64,000 nucleotides of DNA from Lingula anatina (Eukaryota > Animalia > Brachiopoda). The stretch lies in the NCBI GenBank assembly GCA_051362555.1, contig CM120640.1, positions 67,558,788 to 67,622,787 of the forward strand, in the 5' to 3' direction. Positions within the stretch are counted from its first letter, which is position 1. Each line of letters begins with the position of its first letter. The translations under genes and the position numbers were made by a program. Positions 1 through 10,200 of this stretch are shown here, piece after piece. The notes below the pieces were generated by a model. It searched no databases, had not been told where the DNA came from, and saw nothing but the letters and a program-made list of their open reading frames with translations.

Positions 1-10
1 TTTATTTTAG

Positions 11-169
11 TTCTTCTATCCAACTGTTAAAGAACCCCCAGCTTACACAACTTTAAATCTGGTTGGTGTCAGCGACAATGTGTTCTGTTTCTCCGAAGAT
101 CAGAAGAAATTGAAGGACCTGAATGTTGAAAAAATTAAAGATGGCCAACTCCCCTCAAATCACGCAAAG
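11..169 (+). CDS. Internal coding exon of ROCO gene (upstream of Roc domain)
   Basis: Acceptor tttattttag (1-10) and donor AAG|gtaagt (170). The 159-bp open exon FFYPTVKEPP...GQLPSNHAK joins in phase 0 to IVVLGDPRVGKTS of the next exon. The gene start lies upstream of the window. Confidence 0.75.
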
Positions 170-295
170 GTAAGTATGTAGTAAATGATTTCAATGAGCT
201 TATATTTGTGGAGACGCTAAAATAGTCCCGTTTTCCTGCGTTAGCGTTATTATTGTTTGAAAATGAAAAATATGGAATTTTTTCGTTTATTACAG

Positions 296-3166
296 ATTGT
301 TGTTTTAGGAGATCCTAGAGTTGGAAAAACTAGCCTGTTAAGGCGTCTTCTGGGTCAAAGCTTTCGAGATGACGAGCAAAGCACTCCTGGCTTGGACACG
401 AAGTATGTCGAGGGGAAAAAGGCATATGAATCCTTCGAAGAGGTTGACCGCGGTGATTCAATCGACAGAGACACACAGGAAAGTGCCTCGTACTTGGTTG
501 CCAAAGAGCTGATCCCACATCCTCCTGTCTGTGCAACAGCCAGTGGTTTGAAACATATCAATGCACAGGATTTTGGAGCGTGTTATGTGATAGCACATGT
601 TTCAAAGCTGTTGGTCATGACAATTCCTTCTGTTGTCCTTTTTTCACTGCACAATGTCTTGGGGTTTCCACTGATATTTGGTTGCGTTTGGTTTTCGGCC
701 TGGGTCATTGGCTTGCTCGACACTAAAAATAATTTCGTTAGTGTCATTGATGCAAGCGCCGTTGGCATGACAATGGTCAACTTTTTGATTCGCAAAAATC
801 CTCTTGCTGAATGCTTTGATTGGTTGAAAGATACAGACATCTGCTGCATAAGAGGCAATTTTTCTTCATCACATTGGGTGTTTCTTTGTGATATAATTCA
901 CCGGGTTGGATATATTACTCCGGAACACTTCTTTTCCGGAATAATTTGTAGTTTTGGTCATTTGTTGGTGGTTGTACTGGCCGGTTGGACCATTGGTTTC
1001 GTTCTTGGATTGCGGATTCGAAAGTGGATCGTTTTCCCGGCATTCTTAATAATGCTGCCTTCCGTAAAATCCAACGAACAACATTTCAGCGTTACGCATT
1101 TAGCGTTTTTGGCAGTGCATTTTTCTTATGCCCTTGGAGTTAGTATTGGGGTCGGTATTACGTCCAGAAACTACATGCTGTCAAAAACGAACGCTCTGAA
1201 AGAGTTCCCAAGAAACATGGCACTTCATGTAGTCACTTTGACTCTTTTCATTTTTCTGATGCCTATTGCTCTGAGTGAGTACAAAGATCACTTTTTCTGT
1301 CAAGTTACACTGTCTGGGGGCTTTGGGATAGTATTTGGATTAATGTATGCTCTAGCCAGTCACAGCTGCCGAAACCTAAAAAGTTTCTTGTTTCAAAATT
1401 CAGGAATATACAGCTTTTTTATCGGTGTAATGGCTTGTCCTCTTTACTTGCATTCCATTGGCTGGACAGTTGTGGATCTATCTGTTCTGGCTGAGCAGCC
1501 ATTTTGGCTTCGTTTGATTTTTGTGATCTCTCCACTCATAAGACTTGGTATTGAAATCCGGAGAAAGGTTGTGCTCAAGGCGTTTGATGCGTGCGGAGTT
1601 GATTTGATTTCTATCTCTCGACATTTGTCCAGAATAAACCTCAATCTTGAGTCTTTGCCCACTTTCTTAAATATTTTAGATTTTGCTGGTCAGGAGAAAT
1701 ATCGTTCGTGGCATCATCTTTTTATGTCCAAACATGGCATTTATTTGTTGGTTTTCAATTTAGCTCATGTGGTCGAATCCCCGGAAGCCCCTGAACGTCA
1801 GCTGAAAGATCTTGAGTACTGGCTTAACTCCATTTTTGCGCACACCTCTCATCCAGATTCTGTTATCCTCCTGGTCGGTACACACGCCAGAAGTTTTGAT
1901 AAATCTCTAGAAAACCGGGTTAAAGAGTTTGAAACAATACTGAAACGTAGAATTTTATCAAACCCAAAGTACGAAAAGAGGCTGTACACATGTGATTTTC
2001 CGTTCTTTCGAGTCGATAATAAAGTAGACGAAAACCGTGCATTCAAACCTCTACGCGATGCAATTAAAATCAGTGTGCGAGAAGCAGAATTCATGACCGC
2101 CATATATCCCATTGCCTGGAGAAGCGCCCTAGGTTACTTTTCAAGATGGTGCAACGAAGGGAATTTTTTCATAAGAAAGACCGAAGCAAAGAATAATTTC
2201 AATCAAAATTACCCCTGGTTGAAGGAGGGCGATTTTGAACGAATGATTGACCTTGCAGACAGTCAAGGTCACGTTATATATCGACCGAAAAATGGCGTTC
2301 TCTCTGATATAATTGTTCTTAATCCAGACATTTTGATTGCAGTGTTTACCCATCTGTCTTCGATCGATATCAAAGACGTAGAAACAGATCCAAAAATGCG
2401 AAAACACAAGAAGGAAGCGCGCGACCTCGTAGAAAAGGGCATTTTGGATGAAAATTTATTTGTGTATATTGCAAAGAAAGCTCTTGAAAAATACTTAGGT
2501 CCCATCTCAGACCCACATAAAATGAATCAAAATCTCGCAGTTCTAAAAGAACTACTTATAGCTTTTGACTTCATTTGTCCGATGCAAAAACAACTTGACA
2601 GCTGTTTTCTAGTTCCTTCACTTTTACCGTCAGAAGCTTGTGCAGTTTGGAACGAGGAAGAGTGTCATGTTTTCTATCTGGATTTTAGATCATTTGCTGT
2701 GACCCCTGTCTTTGATCGTTTGCTTGCCAAATGCCTTTGTTCTCAGAATTTTTCTGGGCAGGAAGACAGCAGGAGGCCATCTGTGTTTAGGGGATGTGGC
2801 ATTTTCTGTTCTCTTGATGGTTGTCATTTTAAAATACAGACCCGCTGCCGAATACCCCAGCAAAACCTTATCAAAATTTCTTTGGAGAAACAATATGATG
2901 CCATTAAAATTCTGAAGTTTTTGCACAGGGAAGTGCGTGAAATCTGTAAAAATGATTTCCCGAATGTGCACTTTATCTTAGGCTTCAAATGCCAGGTTTT
3001 GGGCTTTAGGCACAAGAATTGTGAGCAAGATTCACGTGAATGTCATATCATACCACTTTGTAAACATCAGCAGGAGTTGTCATTTCCGGAAAACAGCACT
3101 TATGACTATTCTTGCGGCATCAGCAGACAGAGTAAAGTGTGGACCTTCAGCGAGAATGTGTTACAG
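296..3166 (+). CDS. Large exon: Roc GTPase split by a multi-pass membrane insert, followed by COR domain (ROCO/DAPK-like protein)
   Basis: ORF 257-3226 trimmed to acceptor ttacag|att (295/296) and donor CAG|gtttgt (3166/3167). Motifs: G1 GDPRVGKTS, G2 STPGLD, G3 ILDFAGQEKY, IYLLVFNL, LEYWLNSI, G4 LVGTH, then COR-like YPIAW...G.VIY...IVLNPDILI...FLVPSLL...FDRLLAKC. About 9-10 hydrophobic segments at aa ~106-433. Confidence 0.88.
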
Positions 3167-3340
3167 GTTTGTACCTATATAACACTGTCAAAATTTGCAA
3201 GAGGCCCTGACGCATCGTATTCTTAAAGTTGTAAAAGCACACTGTCGAATTACTATAAATCTGAGCGATTGTACCCGTCCCAGATGTTGGCTAATTTGCG
3301 TCAAATTACATTGGTAGCATTATTGAAACGTTTTATTTAG

Positions 3341-3476
3341 CAAACCACTGCAAACATGGGACTCAAAGCAATAGTCAAGCAACCGACTGATAACGAAATG
3401 GGTTCGGAGTGTACTTTGTGTGAAGGCTGTGAAGTCACACACAGGAAGAGTGTCTCGGGTGGCGTCCAAGAAAGAG
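3341..3476 (+). CDS. Linker exon of ROCO gene
   Basis: Acceptor ttttatttag (3331-3340), open in phase 0 (QTTANMGLKAIV...VQER). Donor AG|gtaaaa at 3477 is phase 1, matching the next exon. Confidence 0.6.
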
Positions 3477-3697
3477 GTAAAAAGTGTGACGAAAAACACC
3501 TCAAAGTCAGCGATAAGTTGCTAAATGATGACAGACCTAGCTTCAAATGTCTTCACTTTTTTCTAGCATCCACTAAATCGTTAAAATTGTGATGAAGATA
3601 AAAATTGTGGATAAAGAGAAGTAAAGAAGTAAAAGATGTGGATAAAATTTTCACGACGGTGTTTTATAAAACTAATTACTTTTACCCTTTTTTTCAG

Positions 3698-4005
3698 AAA
3701 TTTTGACTGATAAGATTTTGTACATATTAGCGACTGAACACATGGGAAGCACGTGGCATGATGTTGGAATGTGCCTTGGAATTCCCGCGGCAACCTTAGA
3801 TCTTATTGAAAAGAATCAAGAATCTCCGAAGAAAAAGAAATTTGAAGTTTTCCGACAATGGAAAATATCATCCAGCAAGCCAGAAAATATAAAAATTGCT
3901 GAATTAAAAAAAGCTTTCTGCGACTGTAATAGGCAGGACCTTGTGACGGCACTTGAAGAATTGATAAGGAGGGAGGCCACTGGAGGAAAGTTACACACCC
4001 AGTGA
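3698..4005 (+). CDS. Terminal exon encoding a Death domain
   Basis: Acceptor ttttttttcag (ends 3697), phase 1. EILTDKILYILATEHMGSTWHDVGMCLGIPAATLDLIEKNQ...FEVFRQWK...LKKAFCDCNRQDLVTALEE fits the Death-domain pattern W..L...LG......I..I...W...L..AL....R.DL. Stop at 4003-4005. Confidence 0.8.
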
Positions 4006-4216
4006 CCTGAGGCCCTAACGCTTTCTGACGTTATTATAACGAGTGATAATTTAGATATAAGGCGTATATACATAATGCTATTTAATGTTTAAATAGTATT
4101 ACATTGTTTGTATTGTATGCACATTTTATATGCTGTGTGGGACTATTGTGTGGCAGTTGAAGATAAATAATTGCTCATAAACGCTGAAATTATTACTGTG
4201 AAATTGCGGAAGCCGG

Positions 4217-4338
4217 ATAGTGCCGGTCAAAAATATTAATTAATTTTTTTGTACACGTAAAATATAATTAAAATGCCTATATATCTATCTATCTTTCACG
4301 TGTACAAAAAATTATTTTATATTTTTGACTGGCACTAT
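4217..4338. repeat. Small foldback/MITE-like hairpin just downstream of the ROCO gene
   Basis: atagtgccggtcaaaaata...tttttgtacacgt is matched by acgtgtacaaaaa...tatttttgactggcactat; imperfect arms of about 40 bp. Confidence 0.6.
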
Positions 4339-4347
4339 ATATTATTA

Positions 4348-5500
4348 TTATTGTACCACCAGCGTTGGCGCTGGCGGTACACATGGTTTTAATCCCATCC
4401 AGTCCTTTCCGCCGGCTCCGCCGCCATGTTACCGTTACCGCTTCTCCTCCTAGACTACAAAGGCCTGCATATTCATCTCTTGGATTTAGGTCAACTATAA
4501 TCTCAACATCGGTTCAGGGGTCTAGGTGTGGCGCTCATTGCAATGCACCCTTGTCCAAAATTGGCAAATTTAAACGCTAATTAACTACCATACCGTAGGA
4601 ATTATGGGAAAATTTTCCATAGACGGCTGTCCGAAATGTTATAGTGAAGAATGACGACAGCAATCTGGATCTTTGGAACGTTTATTCACCAACTTCTTTT
4701 TCACAGAATGTACAAGTTTTTATACACCATTTTCCAAATGAATTTCCCATTCTCATATTACAAAACTCTATTCAATATTTCCTAATTTAGTAATTTAAAT
4801 GAGACTTGTTTTTGATTTAAAATATTTAAAATATTTCCCGAATAACTCACCTTAGATCTTGTCCAACTCAAGTGTGCATGAATTCTACACGTGGTAAACA
4901 CGCGCAAATCGATAGAAAAATTAACCAATAAGATCCAACTATATCTGACTCTGAAACGTTCCACCCTTTCTTGCTTCGAGAACAGTCTACACTCGTTGAC
5001 ACTTTAAGACATTTACTTTGCACTCAGTAACTTCCTACACATTTAATTCTGTTTTAATTGTTTTGTATGTCATTTGCTTTACAACAAAAAGTCATATGTG
5101 GAGATTTCAAATATGCCCTTGGATTTGATCTTTGACCTTTATTTCAAGGTCAAACGGGCTAGAATTTTCAAAAAAAAAAAAAAATGAATTTTTTTTATAC
5201 GAAAAAAAATTATTTGCCCTAATATTCAGAAACTACTCAGACCTAACCTATAATATTAGTGGCAGGTGTTTAATTTGTTACCCTTCAGGTCATCTTTCAT
5301 CTCCGTGAGTTTTGGGTCAATCGGTGCATTTTTACGGGAGTAGCGGCCATAAGTGACCGAAACTGAAAACTGTCTCTAATTCGGGAACTGTTGGCGCTAG
5401 AGACCTGTTCTTTTTTGCATTTTGTAGAGCATGTCAAGCCCAACACTGGAAGTGGTCTCCGTTTTTTTTAAATTTCCATACGGTTTTCGATTTATGCTGT
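4348..5500 (+). mobile_element. Possible 5' part of a Helentron-type non-autonomous element
   Basis: Starts in a tta run with the hairpin gtaccaccagcg-ttgg-cgctggcggtac, followed by ccg-rich simple repeats and later tttgacctttatttcaaggtcaa. No matching 3' end was found; the right boundary is approximate. Confidence 0.3.
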
Positions 5501-6549
5501 ATCAAAAAGTACATTGTGGTGGTGAAAGCAAAATGTGCAATACGGTAATGTGTAAGAAATTTTGAACCTCTGGAAAATAAAACATAAGGCTTGGCGAGGC
5601 AGACAACTTCCGGTCAAAAATGACATTATTTCATGAAATTTGAACATCTGGAACTTCTGAGCACCTCCCATTTCAAGAATTTCAACCAAAATGACCTTTT
5701 CTTTATTTCAATTAATTTCTTCTGTAGGAAATTTAACAATCTACCCTGAGTGTCAGAGCAACGTAAAAATTAGCTTGTAAATATTAAATATACCTTGGAG
5801 TCATTTTTACCAAGGAGTTATAACAGAAGGAGATTACACGCGTGGGGGCGGAGCCCGTATTACGGTCTCTCATTGGTCGGAATGAATAGAACCCAGAGAA
5901 CAATGGATGCCTATCTCTGTTACGCTTAATTGCTACTCTCGTTTAAATCTCGTTTGTTAGTATCTGTGCCTTCGTCTGTTGATTTTTGAGGACAGAAACA
6001 GAAACGGAGTCCCACGTTTCTAAAAAATGAGAGAAATACAGAATTTATATGATATTACGTTGGACAAGGTTTTCAAAAACAGGTAAGTGCTTTTAAATGC
6101 ATAACTACACGAAATATGAAGATAAATTGCAACTTTTATGTCGTAGGGTCTCACTGTGTAAGTGTCCAGCTTCACGTTGATCTCGCGAGGTGGTGTGTGG
6201 AGAATAAATATTGCACGAAAAATATTTCCCACTCATAACAAGTGCCTATAAATATAGTATCAGATGAAGAAAGTTTGGTCTTTATACAGTTGCAATTGTT
6301 AAGTAATTTGTGGCAATAGCAAAGAATAAAACTTAGGTGCACTTTCAGTAGCCGAATAACAAGCAGATGCTTAAGCCGCCATCTTGATAATATTTCGAAA
6401 AAAAAATTACTCCAAAAGACATTTTCCTCCTACTTTTTGAAACTTGTGTCACATGACAGTCATAAAATTTAACTAATTGTTATGTGTGCAACACACTTGC
6501 TTGAGCAGTATTGTTTTTTTTTTGCGATTTTACATGTGGTCTAGCTTGG

Positions 6550-6641
6550 TGTATCATAATGTCGTTAATTGTATGACCTGTTTATGTTATGTAATAAAGA
6601 CGCTTGACGACACCACGTCATCTTGGAGTCACGTTGTTACA
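6550..6641 (+). repeat. 5' LTR (92 bp)
   Basis: tgtatcataatg...cacgttgttaca, identical to 15949-16040; contains aataaa. Confidence 0.95.
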
Positions 6642-6654
6642 TGGTACCAGAAGT
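6642..6654 (+). promoter_or_regulatory. Primer-binding site
   Basis: tggtaccagaagt immediately after the 5' LTR; TGG is complementary to tRNA CCA. The priming tRNA was not determined. Confidence 0.75.
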
Positions 6655-6699
6655 AAATCCGAGCAATCGATAGTAATCGGGACAATTTATCTTTTGAAA

Positions 6700-7233
6700 A
6701 TGGAGCGTATCAATCCTCCTTCGCCCCTGCAGTTGCAGAGCGGGAATATTTCTGTGGCTTGGCGGAAGTTCATAGAACAATTCAACTGGTATTTAGAGGC
6801 CATTGACGCCAGCGAAGCTACAGACGCGCGAAAAATCGGATTGCTATTAACAGTGGCTGGGGGTGAGGCCCAAGACCTTTACCGCACTTTCACTTATGAC
6901 GAAGAGGGAGACGAAAAGATCTTTGAGAAGGTAGTGGAAAATTTTAAGAGGTTTTGCGAACCGAAGAAGAATGAAATATATGAACGATACTGTTTCAGAA
7001 CACGTGATCAGCAAGTCGGTGAAACTTTTGAGCACTACGTAACGGATCTCAAAAACAAAGCAGATACGTGTAACTTTGGCATTTTAAAAGAAGAAATGAT
7101 CAGAGACCAGATCGTTGTCGGCATCAGAGACCTCAGACTGAAAGAAAAACTTCTCCGAACGGAAGATCTAACCCTCCAGAAAGCCGTACAGACGTGCATG
7201 GCCGCGGAAACCTGCCAGGAGCAAATGAAAACC
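6700..7233 (+). pseudogene. Gypsy gag N-terminal part (truncated by MULE insertion)
   Basis: MERINPPSPLQL..W.KF...ERYCFRTRDQQVGETFEHYVTDLK..A..CNFG...MIRDQIVVGI..L..KLL is typical Gypsy gag. It is in frame with 13235 once the insert is removed. Confidence 0.88.
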
Positions 7234-10200
7234 GGGTCCTTTAAAACATAGAAATGGATAGAAATGGATAGAAATGGACTGAAATGGGCCGAAATGGACC
7301 GAAATGGACGCATGGCAAACCTCTATGAGATCGCACTTGGGTTTTGCATAGTAAAAATAAACTTACTTTTATACCAGAAAGAAGTTTTATTGAATTTTCT
7401 GGTGATACACCCTTCGAAGTAGTAATCGGGTCAAGGTCGCCATTTTCAAGGTGGATTCCACAACGAGGATCTATTTTAAAACACAGTTGCTTGTATCATG
7501 CACGTGTTTAAAAGTCCAATTAGATAATTTAAACTGCAAACCTTTGACTTAAGTAACCAGAACCAAAGAAAGCTACAATAATGTGTGCAGCATGATAATA
7601 TTTATTTATTTATTTATTTATTTATTCATTTATTCATTTATTTATTTATTTATTTATTTTTTTTTTTGCGAATTGTCAGCAGGGAGGGGACTAATAGTCT
7701 AAGTTAAATAATGAAATTTCTGGATTATAATTAGGAATAAATATATATCCTTATATATCCTTAACCGAAAGAGTTACAGGATGTGGAACTTGCAGTGTAT
7801 TTTATTATAAACCTGTTTGAAACTGTTGATCTCTATAGCATAGGGCATGTCCATTGCCATATCTGTAAGTTTTCTGTATTTTTCTGTTAGTGTTGTGAAA
7901 TGGGTGAAGAGTGAAAAAAATTTCAGGTAAGAAAAGTGATGTTTCTTTAACGCTGAGACCAGTACTTCAGATTGCCAGTGAACCATTACAGTTATTAATA
8001 ACCAGTTAACGATCTCTGCTAGCTGGTAGAGATAATGATAAAAATGTGACAAGTGAGTAGTTATGTCACTGACAGGTAAGTCAGACTTACATTCTTTATT
8101 TAATTAAGTGAAAATTGATTTGGCTACTATTCCTTTTGGCTTCTGTGAGCTTGTGGAGTTAACACCTCATTAATTAATCACCACTATCAGATCAGGTCCT
8201 ATGATAAGATATTTGTATCTTAACCAATTTTTTTCATTGAACAGATCCATTCTATCAAGTGTTCATTTTGGCCAAAAAAAAAAATTTACATTCTCACCAA
8301 TAGTTAGGGCCTAATGAATCCATCCCAACATCAAAGGTTTTTTTTTTTTTTTTTTTTTTTTTGTAACAATTTCTAAACAGATTATCATTAATAACAGAGC
8401 CATCAATGAGGAGGTCATGTGGTCTGATGGCAAGCACAGATTTCAAGCTAATTATCATAACGATCCTTTTGGCGTTTAAAAAGAATTTATTATATTTTCA
8501 TTTACAGTGTATTTATTGTGAAATATGAATCTTATACAAAGAACTATTCCCCCTCAATTTACCATGACCAATCAAAGTGTGCCTGACTCTCAGAAAGTAT
8601 TTAAAACCCAGCTGCAGAGAAGGCATTAGTTCAGTTTCTTTATGAACCCTTGCGTATAGAGTTCTAAGATACAACCAAGTATTAATATGAAGTCTAAGAA
8701 GCCTCGATACCCATGCAGTGTCTGCTCAACTGCTTGCACATACGATGTTATTGAGTGTTCCTCTTGCAATCAATGGACTCACAGGTAAGCTGAATTGATA
8801 AGATAGTAAGAAAACATACTTACAGGGTTGGAAGACAAAATTTGTCTACTTATTTGCTTGTTATAATTGTTACGATCATAATCAGGTAGCTTTTGGAATA
8901 TTTGGGAACCAAAAATATTACTTTTGCAACTGATGCAGATCTGCAATAAAAACTTTAATCTTATACTTTTTTTATTACAAAATGGTAATCTCATCCCTGA
9001 ATAGGTAAATTGGATTAACTAGCTTAGAATGGATTAGGTTTTAATGCTGTCTCAGATCACAGAATAATTTTTAAAAAAATTTTTCACATTGGACTGCTTT
9101 TGATTTGTTATTGTTATGAAGTGATGTGCTACATGTATGTAGGGGATTTCATTATTATTTGTTGTAGCTGGTGTTTTGGTATACCAACCGACTCATATAT
9201 ATCGATCACTGTCCCTACCTGTGTCGTAGCTATTTGACATCACCCTATAACTCATCTCATTTTACTATATATTTTACCTTGTCAAATTGAACTGTCGATT
9301 AGATTTACTTCGATTATTAAAGGCACATCTTTTCCATCTACATGTAGTTACAACTTAGTTGCTGTTTGTGTCTGGAAATTAATTGTCCATTTCTTCTCAC
9401 TAGGAGACACTTTGTCTTATATAGTAAATAATATTAACTTTAAAGAGGATAGTGTATACACTTCTTTCACATACCTCTCTGAGGGGTTAGAATAAAATAT
9501 TGTGTTAATGAAAAAAAGAGGAATAAATTTATCAGTGAAATTATGACGAAGTAAAATTGAATCAAATAAAAGTAATAATAGGTATGAGAATAAAGCAAAA
9601 AAGGCAATATTTTAGTAAAAAATCTAAAACCCACATAACTTTACATAACATTTCATTATATGAAACTTTACTTTGGATTTTTTTAAAGTATCCAAGAGTC
9701 AATGCGGTTCCATATTTTAATCATATTCTATGGTTTGTTCTGAATTGGGGCCTTTCACATCGTGTCTTAAATGTCAGTTGCCAATTATTATTACTAGTAC
9801 TAAAGGTTTTTTTTTTTTAATATTTGCATGTCATTTAACTACTCTTTTATCTGGTTATATAATATGACCTTGAGGATTTTTGATGATTTGGATGATTTTG
9901 TTTAATCTAGTCAATTATTTCATAACATGCTACATGTATGTGTAATTACTTTCCATTGGAAGAATAAGCCATTCAGATCATTCTTTTGGATACTGAATTA
10001 GTCTAGAACAAAGTTAACATTAAGGTTGAATTCCTTGATAGAAAGGGAATTTCCAACATCATTTTTCAGTATAAGGGCCATTCCGTGGTATTTGGTCCAG
10101 AGACCTTAAAATTTCAAAAAAGACTCCTACTTACAAAACTTATAATTTCTGAAACCAGACACCACTAGACACCAGAATCCCCCAAAAAAAGGTTTTGATG

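Noticed and set aside
257-295. ORF-track N-terminus MKMKNMEFFRLLQ and C-terminus after 3166 of the 989-aa ORF
   Set aside because: Both lie beyond canonical splice sites and are read-through into introns.
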